The notes: generated by a model not told the origin, from the sequence alone. A stretch of DNA of 64,000 nucleotides from a bacterium (GCA_963693055.1 OY843751.1:3392001-3456000); one strand, 5' to 3'; shown: positions 28,623-38,729, counted from the stretch's first letter. Numbers and translations are program-made.

Positions 28623-30077
28623 CTATTTATATTCCGGAACTACCGGTTCATTTCTCACAAAATCCCACATGGATTCAATTTTTAAATTCAAAAGCGCCAG
28701 TTTATAATCAATCAAAGCAGAAATCAGGCTGTTTTTACGATCAGATAACTGGGTCTGGTACAAATTCAGATCCATACTTGTCAGGTCACCATTCTGATAT
28801 TTTTCCAGATTAATTTCATAGGTCAACTCTGAATTTCTAACATTCTGACGGGCAATTTCAATTTGAATTTCAAGGTTTTTCAGATTGCGCACAGCCTGAC
28901 GAATACCAATAATAATCTCGTCTTTTTGTGTTCTTTCACGCAATCTGTTTGTTTCTAGTGTAACTTCAGATGCTTTAATACGGGCCTTGCGTTCACCCCA
29001 GTCAAACAAGGGTATATCAAAAGAAACCGCAACTCGCTGGTTTTTGGTTGCCTCGTCATAGATGTTTGCATATTGCTCATTAGTACCAATAATACCATAA
29101 GAAACGGTTACATCCCCTTTGAATTCATTATAAGCTTTGGTTTCAGTCAAAGTAGCCAAAGCATTTTCAATATCAATACTACGTTGGCGCATTTCCATAC
29201 GGCTTGCCAGTCCGGTATCAATTGCCTTTTGCATATCAACTGTAACCGGTACATGAGTTACATCTGCGGTAACATCAACATCTTCAAGAATAGATATTCC
29301 AATCATCTGTTTAAACTGGTCCAGGGCATTGTCCCAGGTCAGTTTCGCATTCTGCATTGTTGATTTACTGGTAGCCAGGTTGACTTCTGCCTGATACAGT
29401 TCCTCCATAGCAGATATGCCAGCATCTACCTTGTTTTTAATGATCTGATAACTGGCTTCCTGATTATTATATTCTTCAACAGCGATGTTATAACTCATCT
29501 TGGCACTGTACACGCTGTAATAAGATTGTGTCACATTGTATTCCAGCATTAACATACGCAAAGCGTAATTGATAGAGGCATTTTCAAGGTCCAGCTCCAG
29601 AGATCTCAGCTCCAAACGGGTACGATTATACGTAAATATAGGCTGGTTATAACTGAGATAAAGGTTATTGCTATATGATTCCCGTTGGGTATCACTAAAT
29701 TCACTATACGCGTCTTGCCATTCCAGTTGATTGTTCAAAGATATGGTGCCATCTGTCCATTCAATAGGCTGAGAAATGCTGAAAACACCGGAATAAGACG
29801 TATTTTCATTATCATTCCATGTATTATAAAACGTATTAAACTCTCTAACCTTTGTATATTCAAAAGGTGTTACAGACAAGTTGAATTTGGAACGTAATGC
29901 AGCCTTTTGAGCTTTTAACAATTGCTGGCTGCGTTCAAGAGACAGTCGATATTGCATAATATCAGGGCTATTTTCGCGTGCTGTTTCCATTGCACTTTCA
30001 AGGGTAAACATTTTCTGAGCAAATGTCAGCGGCGTGATGCATAAAACCAAAACGATCAGAACATTGAAATATTTCAT
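28623..30077 (-). CDS. TolC family outer-membrane efflux protein
   Basis: Signal peptide; two OEP repeats (YNQPIF, FDIPLFDWG); coiled-coil helices. Confidence 0.88.
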   Translation of the reverse strand: MKYFNVLIVLVLCITPLTFAQKMFTLESAMETARENSPDIMQYRLSLERSQQLLKAQKAALRSKFNLSVTPFEYTKVREFNTFYNTWNDNENTSYSGVFSISQPIEWTDGTISLNNQLEWQDAYSEFSDTQRESYSNNLYLSYNQPIFTYNRTRLELRSLELDLENASINYALRMLMLEYNVTQSYYSVYSAKMSYNIAVEEYNNQEASYQIIKNKVDAGISAMEELYQAEVNLATSKSTMQNAKLTWDNALDQFKQMIGISILEDVDVTADVTHVPVTVDMQKAIDTGLASRMEMRQRSIDIENALATLTETKAYNEFKGDVTVSYGIIGTNEQYANIYDEATKNQRVAVSFDIPLFDWGERKARIKASEVTLETNRLRERTQKDEIIIGIRQAVRNLKNLEIQIEIARQNVRNSELTYEINLEKYQNGDLTSMDLNLYQTQLSDRKNSLISALIDYKLALLNLKIESMWDFVRNEPVVPEYK

Positions 30078-30086
30078 TTACATTCC

Positions 30087-33000
30087 TTACTGTTTAACCC
30101 ATTTAATTGCGTCTGCCAGAACCACTCTACCACCGGTCTTGTCTGACAATTCTACAACAGCTTTGCCCGATGACAGATAATAGTTCCCCAACAGTATCCA
30201 ACCATCATCAGCGGATTCAAGAGATACAGGAACTTCTTCCTTACCATCATCATGGTAGATAATATAATTAAATTCTTTTAATCCATCACTGTCTCTACCA
30301 CCACCAGAACCTCCGGGAGGTCCACCACGTCTTCTACTAAACATATTGAGCGAAGATGTATTAATATAGGTGTAAATATTATACTGTCCATTCGAGGGTA
30401 TGTCAGCAGTCCACGAAACCTTGTTGGTACCATTTCCTTTTTTCACAGCATATGCCGAGTGTATATTTTTACCCCAGAATTCATCGTTAACTGTTTTTTT
30501 CCACTGTGTAGGTATTCGCCAGGGATTTAAACCGATATATTCATCATCTTCAACTTCTTTTATACCCAGAAAACGTTTTAATATACTGGCTTCCTGTACC
30601 TGCTCAACTTTAAATCCGTCATCTTCATTATCCACAACAATTTCACCAGGAAGGATTGCGGCTTTATATTCTGCAGGGCGAATCAAATCCAAAGGAACGG
30701 CTCGCTCATTGAGCTCCATTTTTTCAAAACGCTCGCTAATTTCATTGGGAAGGTTCATAGATGTCAAAGTATTGATCGTCATACCACGGGGTTCCGTATC
30801 CAGAACTATTCCAACATGATAAGCATTTTTACTATCCAGTTTATATAACCGGGGTGGTTCTTCATCTTCATTTCCGCCGCCGCCGAATCCTCTAAAGCCA
30901 CCTCTTCCACCCATTCGGAAAGATACAGATATTACACCATCTACATCAGAATCATTCTGAATATCAAATCTGAGTTGGTAACGGGTACGGTTATTATCCA
31001 AAACTTTATAGGATTGCATGTTGGACACATAAAATGCAGGCAATTCAGTCTGATTATACCAGTTTTCTACAAAAGACTTGAACTCGGATTGGAAATCACC
31101 CGGCAGGGTCTTAACAAAAGATTCAAACCCTGCGGTTTGAAACCGGTTTTCTGCTAAATATTGTTTTAATAATTCGTCAAATGTATCAATACCAACCTGT
31201 GATTTAATTAATGAAAACAATGCTTCACTTTTTATTTTTAATACATCATTCCACATTTCAGATTCTTCTGAATTGCTCAAAACATTTGCAAGGCTGTTTT
31301 CTTCAAGAAGAAGATTGGCCTTTTCCTCTTCAACCAGGCCCTCCATCCTTCTAAAGAAACTTGGCCTGTTGTCTTGCATTTTTGTTAGCATAAATGCTTC
31401 AAATGCTTTATCCAATACCGGCCAATCTGTGGATTTTACCGTATTGATAAATGTATAAAAGTTCGGAAAAAGATTACCATCGGGTTGTTCCGCTTCATTA
31501 TTACCCCTGAAAGGACGACCAAACTGTTGTCCCTTGAATACATTGGTCACAAACATGTTGAACATTTGTGATTGACTTTCACCAGGACTTATACTGCGGT
31601 TACTGCGCTGACTGAAACGTTCCTGTCGACGAACAGACAGATTAAAATCAGCAGATTCATATTTTACCGCATTTTCTGTTAGAAAAACCTGTGCCGGTTG
31701 TACAACTTCCTGGTGGAACTGCAGCGGTTTTTCAAATGCAAGAAAATGCACCGGGACTTCAATTACTGACAATCGTTTATATGGATAATCGCTATTGAAC
31801 TGGATCTCAAGATCATTCATATTATCGCGAATCAAAGCTTCAAGTGTATCAGCAATGTCTGTAAAGAAAGGTTTATAGTAATTGTGGTTTTTATTGGTAT
31901 AAAGCTCATATTCAACACTGTCAACATTAATACTGGCTCTCTGATATTCACCAATGACAAGTGAAATTTGCGGAAGCGGAATTTCGGATATAAAATGATA
32001 TTCACCTTCTCCTGCTTTTTCAGTCTGTCCCTGGGATATCACTGTCAAGTCGGGACTGGTTTTTACGGTCATTTCAAAATCAATAAAATCCTGATTTTGT
32101 TGATAACCAAATCCATTGGTACCCATGGCACCAGCTACAGGATACCAGAGATTTTCACGGGTTAGCAAAACATAATCAGGTTTTACGAAACTGTGCTTTT
32201 TGCCCAATTTGTACATAGCCAGACTGTTTAGCAATTGTTCCTGCTCTACAGATAAATCAGGATAACAGGCAAAATCCAATGGAGCGCCTGAATAATTGAC
32301 TGTTAGCGTTTTGGTATCTCCTGCTGCAATACCGCCTGAATCGGTAATTATTAACAAGTGCTGGTTCTGTTTGAATTCAAGAGATGTATTATCTATAGAA
32401 ACCGATTTAACTTTAAATCCGGGGTTCAAGCTGAAAACAAGTTCGGTACTTTTTTTCCCAGTAGTATTCTGAATATTTAATACGGCAGTTGCTTGAATAA
32501 TGTTTCCCAGATGTTCAACATTCAGATTGCAATTTTTGACAGATACAATGGGATGGCTTTTATATTGTTCATTCAGGTTTAAAATTTGCGCACGAACATT
32601 TTTATGTTGAAAATATTGAGTAACATAACTCACAGAAAAAAATGATGCCAATGCAACAAAAATAACAAAAAACACCATAGACAAACGGTTCATGAAATTC
32701 GATTGGGGCAACCGTTTCATAAACGTAACGGTCAAGAATATGAATCCGAGTCCAAAGAAAAGATAAATTGAGCGTTGTAATATGATCTGATGCAGATCAC
32801 TAAAACCTACAAAGTCAGAAAAAGCAAGCGGCAGGTAAAACGCAACAAAGTCAAAAATATAATTCACCTTGCTGCCCAGATAAAAAATGGTCAATGCAAC
32901 CAGACCAATCATAATCACCCAGGTGACCGGAGGGTTCCGAAAAATTGACATAAAAATAAAAGCGATTCCAATGGCAAATATCATGGTTGGTAAACTGATA

Positions 33001-33458
33001 ATTAGAAAATAAACCAAAAAGTTTAATGCCTGAAACGGAACATCAGCAAAAATACCATTGACTATGGCCCCCATCAACAACACGAGTAAATTCAGCGTAA
33101 TAAAAACCGAAATTACACCTATTGTTTTACCAATAACATATTCAGCATTGGAAATAGAGCGCATATAGATAACTTCCACAGTGCTTGCTTTGGTATCTCG
33201 TTTTAAAAAGTCAGAAGCCAGAAAAACACAGAGAATAGCCTGTACCGTATTTAACATCATTAAATTGAAATAAGGTACAGAAGAAGGGATGCCTCGCAGC
33301 AGCCAGGGGACAAATTCACTCACCCCGGTAAAAAAAATAATATTTAAAAAAGTTAATAATCCAACTACAACCAATCCAAAAATCCGAAAAAACCAACTGC
33401 GAAACAACAACTTTTGTTCATAACGCGCTACTACCCAGAGATTATATAAAGAGAACAT
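30087..33458 (-). CDS. ABC-2-type permease fused to a non-catalytic M1-aminopeptidase-like ectodomain and a golvesin/xanthan-lyase-like C-terminal domain
   Basis: N-terminal TMs with EVIYMRSISNAEYVIGK; ENLWYPV and PYKRLSVIEVP but no HEXXH; IVVDNEDDGF...GWILLGNY...VLADAIKWVK. Confidence 0.7.
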   Translation of the reverse strand: MFSLYNLWVVARYEQKLLFRSWFFRIFGLVVVGLLTFLNIIFFTGVSEFVPWLLRGIPSSVPYFNLMMLNTVQAILCVFLASDFLKRDTKASTVEVIYMRSISNAEYVIGKTIGVISVFITLNLLVLLMGAIVNGIFADVPFQALNFLVYFLIISLPTMIFAIGIAFIFMSIFRNPPVTWVIMIGLVALTIFYLGSKVNYIFDFVAFYLPLAFSDFVGFSDLHQIILQRSIYLFFGLGFIFLTVTFMKRLPQSNFMNRLSMVFFVIFVALASFFSVSYVTQYFQHKNVRAQILNLNEQYKSHPIVSVKNCNLNVEHLGNIIQATAVLNIQNTTGKKSTELVFSLNPGFKVKSVSIDNTSLEFKQNQHLLIITDSGGIAAGDTKTLTVNYSGAPLDFACYPDLSVEQEQLLNSLAMYKLGKKHSFVKPDYVLLTRENLWYPVAGAMGTNGFGYQQNQDFIDFEMTVKTSPDLTVISQGQTEKAGEGEYHFISEIPLPQISLVIGEYQRASINVDSVEYELYTNKNHNYYKPFFTDIADTLEALIRDNMNDLEIQFNSDYPYKRLSVIEVPVHFLAFEKPLQFHQEVVQPAQVFLTENAVKYESADFNLSVRRQERFSQRSNRSISPGESQSQMFNMFVTNVFKGQQFGRPFRGNNEAEQPDGNLFPNFYTFINTVKSTDWPVLDKAFEAFMLTKMQDNRPSFFRRMEGLVEEEKANLLLEENSLANVLSNSEESEMWNDVLKIKSEALFSLIKSQVGIDTFDELLKQYLAENRFQTAGFESFVKTLPGDFQSEFKSFVENWYNQTELPAFYVSNMQSYKVLDNNRTRYQLRFDIQNDSDVDGVISVSFRMGGRGGFRGFGGGGNEDEEPPRLYKLDSKNAYHVGIVLDTEPRGMTINTLTSMNLPNEISERFEKMELNERAVPLDLIRPAEYKAAILPGEIVVDNEDDGFKVEQVQEASILKRFLGIKEVEDDEYIGLNPWRIPTQWKKTVNDEFWGKNIHSAYAVKKGNGTNKVSWTADIPSNGQYNIYTYINTSSLNMFSRRRGGPPGGSGGGRDSDGLKEFNYIIYHDDGKEEVPVSLESADDGWILLGNYYLSSGKAVVELSDKTGGRVVLADAIKWVKQ

Positions 33459-33472
33459 AGTTTGCCTCAAAA

Positions 33473-34372
33473 TTAAAAAATAATGTGTTCTTTATTTTCA
33501 ACACCAAACTCCATGCGGTAAACATATGCATGTTCAAGATTGGGTTCGATGGGTTTTCCGGGGAAATCGTTCAACTCTTCAGCAACAACCTGAACTTCCC
33601 AGCCATGGTCTGATGGAATTGTTGAAATAACCGGATACTTTTCTTTAATCCCTTCAAGCTCCTGGTCCACAGCTTCAATAGCCCATACATGACCGCGGCA
33701 TTCCTCAATTAACAGCTCGGGTGAATCATTAAAGATAACTTGTCCCTTGTTCAACAAAGCCATATCCGTACAGGTACTGGAAATATCGCCTACAATGTGT
33801 GTAGAGAGAATAATAATAACATCTTGTGTGCTTAATTCAGACAATAAATTCCGAAAACGAATACGTTCCTCAGGATCAAGACCGGTTGTAGGTTCATCGA
33901 CAATGATAATTTTAGGTGTACCAATCAAAGCCTGAGCAATACCCAACCGACGTTTCATACCACCCGAGAGTTTGGTTGCCTGTCTGTCGCGTACCTGAAA
34001 TAAACCAACGCGTTCCAGCATTTCATCAACAGCGTTCATGCGTTCGGCTTTCTTTTTCAAACCGGCAAGGCAACCTACATAATCAAGAAATTCCCAGGTC
34101 CTCAAACGTGAAACCACCTGAAAATCCTGTGGAAGGTAGCCCAGAACCGCACGAATTTCTTTGCGGTTCTTTTGCAGGTCCCAATCATTCACCTTGACGA
34201 CACCCTTACTTGGCTTTAACAAGGTTACCAAAATACGCATTAGAGAAGTTTTGCCCGCCCCATTAGGACCCAATAAACCAAACATCCCGTTATGAATTTC
34301 AAGGTTAACATTGTTTAAAGCCTGGTGTCCATTTTTGTAAATTTGAGCTAGATTTTGGATAGAGATGTGCAT
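33473..34372 (-). CDS. ABC transporter ATP-binding protein
   Basis: GPNGAGKT, LSGGMKRR, IVDEPTTGLD, STH. Confidence 0.93.
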   Translation of the reverse strand: MHISIQNLAQIYKNGHQALNNVNLEIHNGMFGLLGPNGAGKTSLMRILVTLLKPSKGVVKVNDWDLQKNRKEIRAVLGYLPQDFQVVSRLRTWEFLDYVGCLAGLKKKAERMNAVDEMLERVGLFQVRDRQATKLSGGMKRRLGIAQALIGTPKIIIVDEPTTGLDPEERIRFRNLLSELSTQDVIIILSTHIVGDISSTCTDMALLNKGQVIFNDSPELLIEECRGHVWAIEAVDQELEGIKEKYPVISTIPSDHGWEVQVVAEELNDFPGKPIEPNLEHAYVYRMEFGVENKEHIIF

Positions 34373-34443
34373 AATCAAGTCTTTATATTAGAGATGATAT
34401 AAAATTACCTGAAAGTTGGAATCCCAAATGGATTTCTGTAAAT

Positions 34444-34472
34444 AATAACGGATTGTTGAAATAAAAGTTCTA
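34444..34472 (-). promoter_or_regulatory. Putative ECF-sigma promoter GAAC-N16-CGTT for the ABC/RND operon
   Basis: Minus strand AGAACTTTTATTTCAACAATCCGTTATT, just downstream of the terminator and about 70 nt upstream of the ATG. Confidence 0.45.
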
Positions 34473-34477
34473 AAAAA

Positions 34478-34508
34478 AATAAAAAAATCCCGCTATTGAG
34501 CGGGATTT
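34478..34508 (-). terminator. Intrinsic terminator ending the valS...LOG run
   Basis: AAATCCCGCT-CAAT-AGCGGGATTT stem with a long T-tract on the minus strand. Confidence 0.75.
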
Positions 34509-34515
34509 ATATTTT

Positions 34516-35397
34516 TTACCAATGCCAGTATTTTCGCTTGCCAACAAATTCTTTTTCAAAATGCTTTCGCAGTGTGATAAATGCATCTTCAACATCATCA
34601 ACAAAACTGAAAAGATTCAAATCTTCAGCATTGATGACTCCCCATTCAACAAGCTTGTCAAAGTTAATTATGCTTTTCCAGTAATCAGTACCATAAACAA
34701 TAACATTCAGAGGTTTTTTAACTTTTTCGGTTTGCCTCAAGGTCAGCAATTCAAATAACTCATCAAATGTACCAAATCCACCCGGGAAAACCACCAGCGC
34801 TTTGGCTGTATAAACAAACCAGAACTTGCGCATAAAAAAGTAATGAAAATCAAATGACAAATGTGGAGTAATATAAGGATTCGGATCCTGCTCCATGGGC
34901 AAGCTGATATTAAAACCAACAGTCTTGCCACCAGCTTCAGCAGCGCCACGGTTTGCGGCTTCCATAATACCAGGGCCGCCACCAGAGCACACCATAAATC
35001 GCTGCTTTTCATCAAGATCTAACGACCATTTTGTCAATTGATAAGCAAGCTGCCTGGCGTCTTCATAATAGCGAGACATTTCAAGACCTTGTTTTGCGGT
35101 AAAAAGTTTTTTTTCAATTTCAGCTTTATCCGCGTTACCATTTCCTGCCGCAATCTCTGCTTCAATGGCTTTAAGATCTTTATCAGCATCTGCATGAGAA
35201 GGAATTCTCGCAGAGCCGTAAAATACAACCGTATCTTTGATATCATAATGGCGAAGACGGCTCGCCGGTTCAAGATATTCTGCAAGAATACGTATAGTTC
35301 TGGCATCCGAACTGTTTAAAAATTTTGAATTTTTATAAGCTTTGGAATATTCAAAAGCTTCATTATCATGCATTGCAGAATGATCAGTTTTATCCAT
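34516..35397 (-). CDS. LOG family nucleotide 5'-monophosphate nucleosidase (TIGR00730-like)
   Basis: YGSAR, SGGGPGIMEAANRG, YFFMRK, PGGFGTFDE. Confidence 0.88.
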   Translation of the reverse strand: MDKTDHSAMHDNEAFEYSKAYKNSKFLNSSDARTIRILAEYLEPASRLRHYDIKDTVVFYGSARIPSHADADKDLKAIEAEIAAGNGNADKAEIEKKLFTAKQGLEMSRYYEDARQLAYQLTKWSLDLDEKQRFMVCSGGGPGIMEAANRGAAEAGGKTVGFNISLPMEQDPNPYITPHLSFDFHYFFMRKFWFVYTAKALVVFPGGFGTFDELFELLTLRQTEKVKKPLNVIVYGTDYWKSIINFDKLVEWGVINAEDLNLFSFVDDVEDAFITLRKHFEKEFVGKRKYWHW

Positions 35398-35416
35398 AAA
35401 AAAACCTTTCTTTCGG

Positions 35417-36178
35417 TTAAAAATTTCTCATCAACCAGATCAATGTCTGGCGTATTGCTTGCCTGCGATGATTTGAGGTTTGAAATGTATGCCCTGCTTC
35501 GGGTATTTCCATAAAATCTGCCGGAGGTATAACAATATCCCTGAATTTATGAAATCCCTCAACAAATACGGGATTATCAGCGGTACCCTGTAATATAAAT
35601 TTGGGTATAGCTATCTCTTTTAACGAGTCTCTCACATCATACGCAAGTGCGTCAAGCATAAAATCTTTATGAATTCTCCACCCATTGTAATCAATCACGG
35701 TGATATCATTATCAACCGCCTTTTGGAATTCAGATGTTTTATCTTTAAAAATCTCCTGCATATCTGGCACCGATGACCACAATACTATTGCCTGAATATC
35801 CAGATCTTTTGCAGTAAGAATAGCGGTTGCCGCGCCCATACTTATTCCCAATACTGCAATTTGAGAATATCCTTTTTGCTTTAAAAATTCAAAAGCATCG
35901 CGCAGATTTTGAATATTGATAGACACACGGGTTTCTTCAAAATCACCCTCACTGTCTCCTGATCCATAAAAGTCAAAACGTAAAACATCACAATGTTGCT
36001 CAGCAAATATTCTTGCAGCTTCTACATATAATCTTTTATTTTCAATTTTACTTCCGGTAAAACCATGACACATAATCAGTGCCTTTTCATGTCCGGCGGT
36101 ATGCATTATACCAACCAGTTGACTATTGTCACTAATGAATGTTACAGGTGTTTCTGTTGTTTTTTTCTTTTTAGCCAT
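35417..36178 (-). CDS. Alpha/beta hydrolase
   Basis: CHGFTG, FDFYGSGDSEG, GISMG nucleophile elbow, QGTAD, AGH. Confidence 0.88.
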   Translation of the reverse strand: MAKKKKTTETPVTFISDNSQLVGIMHTAGHEKALIMCHGFTGSKIENKRLYVEAARIFAEQHCDVLRFDFYGSGDSEGDFEETRVSINIQNLRDAFEFLKQKGYSQIAVLGISMGAATAILTAKDLDIQAIVLWSSVPDMQEIFKDKTSEFQKAVDNDITVIDYNGWRIHKDFMLDALAYDVRDSLKEIAIPKFILQGTADNPVFVEGFHKFRDIVIPPADFMEIPEAGHTFQTSNHRRQAIRQTLIWLMRNF

Positions 36179-36193
36179 AAATATACAATCCGA

Positions 36194-37450
36194 TTACTTG
36201 AATTTTTCCGCAACAACCTGGCTGATATGTTTGACCTGTACCGGCATTTTATTTTTTCTGGTACCAAATGCCAACTGCATTACACATGCAGGACAGGCTG
36301 TTACAAGCACATCTGCTTCTGTTGCTTTTACATTGTCCATTTTAATATCAAGGATTTCAAAAGACATTTCAGGATGCGCAATATTATAAGATCCGGCTCC
36401 ACCGCAACACATGTCTGCTTTATCCATTTCAATAAAATCAACATGAGAAAGAGTTTGCAGTATATTACGAGGAGCTTTTCTTTCTTTTAAATGATGCACC
36501 AAATGACAAGGATCGTGATATGTCATTTTGATCATTCTCCCGTTTGTGGGAAATTCAACATCATTAATATTTTCATTAATCCAGTTGGTCATGTCTTTAA
36601 ACTTGGCAGCAACTTTTTCTGCTCTTTTTTTCAAACCAGAATTTTCAGTGATTTCAGCGTAACTTTTAATAAATGAAGAGCAGCTCCCACAATCACTTAT
36701 AATTACATCTGCATCTGTTTTTTCAAGAATTTCAATATTCTTTTCAGCAAACCATTGAACTGAATCCAGATCTCCGTATGCATATGCAGGCAATCCACAG
36801 CAGACATTATCCAAAATCTCTACATCATAACCAAAGTTCTGCATTACTTTGATGCTTGCTTCACCAATATCAGGCTGCGCGTAATTTATACCGCATCCGC
36901 TAAAGTAGGCAATTTTGCCCCTGGCATTGGGAACCGTTATATTTTTTGCTCCCATTCGTTCACGAAGATTTTTAAACGGGATCTTTTCCAACAATTGTTC
37001 AGCATTGGCAAGGTTTCGACCAAACCATCCCAACACTCTAAATACCTGAACAATTTTTGACAAACCGCTGTTTTTACCAACGGATACCAGCTTCAGCAAA
37101 TTAGCCAACTCTTTGGGATGGCGTAATAGATGTTTAAAAATATACTTTTGTAAAGCCGGTTGGCCATATTTTTTAATATATTCATGTCTTGCATGTGCAA
37201 TTACATGATCAGTCTTGACCGATGGAAAACAATTGCTATAACAGGCATTACACATTAAACACTCGAATATCATCTCTTTGGTATCGCGTGTTAATTCGAT
37301 CTTGTTCTCAATAATACCGCGAACCAGCTGGTGCCTGCCCCGTGCTACCTGATGCTCTTTACCTGACACAACAAATGTAGGACAAGTGGGTTGACAAAAG
37401 CCACATTTGCTGCATGATATTACATCATTATATACATTCTCAATCGACAC
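36194..37450 (-). CDS. glcF: Glycolate/lactate oxidase Fe-S subunit
   Basis: Two CxxCxxCxxxCP clusters and two CCG domains. Confidence 0.8.
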   Translation of the reverse strand: MSIENVYNDVISCSKCGFCQPTCPTFVVSGKEHQVARGRHQLVRGIIENKIELTRDTKEMIFECLMCNACYSNCFPSVKTDHVIAHARHEYIKKYGQPALQKYIFKHLLRHPKELANLLKLVSVGKNSGLSKIVQVFRVLGWFGRNLANAEQLLEKIPFKNLRERMGAKNITVPNARGKIAYFSGCGINYAQPDIGEASIKVMQNFGYDVEILDNVCCGLPAYAYGDLDSVQWFAEKNIEILEKTDADVIISDCGSCSSFIKSYAEITENSGLKKRAEKVAAKFKDMTNWINENINDVEFPTNGRMIKMTYHDPCHLVHHLKERKAPRNILQTLSHVDFIEMDKADMCCGGAGSYNIAHPEMSFEILDIKMDNVKATEADVLVTACPACVMQLAFGTRKNKMPVQVKHISQVVAEKFK

Positions 37451-37465
37451 GTTAACTACCTCTTG

Positions 37466-38719
37466 CTATATTCCATCAATAAACCGACCACCTGCAAATA
37501 CACCCTTGGGATCAAACTCCTGTTTCAATTTTCTATGCCAAATAGAATGGTCCGGCTGCACATCCCATGCGTCACATGAGCTCTCTGCAAACTCGGGTCC
37601 ATTAAAACATAAAAGCTTGCCCTCAAGATTATGCGCATGATTACGTAATTCTTGCAGAGTTTCTAATGTAAAACTATCTTTATCAATCCGGGCCAAAACG
37701 ATACCTTTACCCGGATAGCTTTCAATCTGCTTTGCAGAAAAACCAGCATCAGTATGTACTTGCTCCATTACTTCAGAAACTTTAGAAACCGGCACAATCC
37801 ATTTTAACAGTGTTTCTTTTTCAACATCCAATTTTTTTGATTGAAAGGATTCAAGATACTCATTCCATGATAAAGATTTCAGTTTACCAGTACTAAACAT
37901 ACTCTCCAGTTTGTTTTGATAAAATTCTTTCTCATTTGAAATACAGCCACATTCAACAAGCATTGATGTCTTTTGATCTTTTACAACACAGTTAAAAGCC
38001 AATAAAGGCAAGGCACTGGTATTTACCAGTTTTTGCACAGGCAGCATTTCTTTGGGTGAGTTGATATCCATTTCAACAACCAGAACAATCTCCGGGATGG
38101 GTGAAAGTTTTAGCGTCAATTCGGTAACAACTCCCAGAGTGCCCATAGCCCCAATGAATAGTTTAGCCATATCATAACCGGCGACATTTTTCACAGTCTT
38201 GCCGCCAAAGCGGATCTTGCTGCCATTTGCCAGTACCGCGCGACCGCCTAAAACCAGGTCTCGAAAAGTTCCATATCCTTCAATCCAGCTGCCATAAATA
38301 TTTGCCGAAACCAATCCACCAAGTGTCGCGGTTCCAGCACATGGATTTACCGGTAGCAACAATCCTTTTTCCCCGGCAATCTTTTGCAGTTCATCTAATG
38401 TCATTCCGCTACCAACACTGATTGTCAGGTTATCAGGTTCAAACTCGTTAACACCATTCAATAAACGTGTAGACAATGTAATATCATGAGCATTAAGCGG
38501 ATTACCAGGAATTTGATGCTGTCCGCTTCCCCAGATATTTACTACAGATCCTGAATGCGCGCATTCAGAAAGCAGATCGGCCATTTGGTCTACGTTTTCT
38601 GGTTCAATAACAGCAAAGGGAGATTTATTTTTTACTGAAAATTTATTACAGGTTTCCTGATCGAGATATATATGTTTGTGTTGAAATTTTTCAATCAAAG
38701 TTCGGGGATCATCAAGCAT
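37466..38719 (-). CDS. glcE: FAD-binding oxidoreductase subunit (GlcE-like)
   Basis: GGKTVKNVAGYDMAKLFIGAMGTLG; FDPKGVF. Confidence 0.75.
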   Translation of the reverse strand: MLDDPRTLIEKFQHKHIYLDQETCNKFSVKNKSPFAVIEPENVDQMADLLSECAHSGSVVNIWGSGQHQIPGNPLNAHDITLSTRLLNGVNEFEPDNLTISVGSGMTLDELQKIAGEKGLLLPVNPCAGTATLGGLVSANIYGSWIEGYGTFRDLVLGGRAVLANGSKIRFGGKTVKNVAGYDMAKLFIGAMGTLGVVTELTLKLSPIPEIVLVVEMDINSPKEMLPVQKLVNTSALPLLAFNCVVKDQKTSMLVECGCISNEKEFYQNKLESMFSTGKLKSLSWNEYLESFQSKKLDVEKETLLKWIVPVSKVSEVMEQVHTDAGFSAKQIESYPGKGIVLARIDKDSFTLETLQELRNHAHNLEGKLLCFNGPEFAESSCDAWDVQPDHSIWHRKLKQEFDPKGVFAGGRFIDGI

Positions 38720-38729
38720 AAAATTGACC

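Noticed and set aside
34516-35397. LOG protein as a lysine decarboxylase linked to the lysine genes
   Set aside because: That name is a known mis-annotation; PGGxGTxxE proteins are nucleotide phosphoribohydrolases
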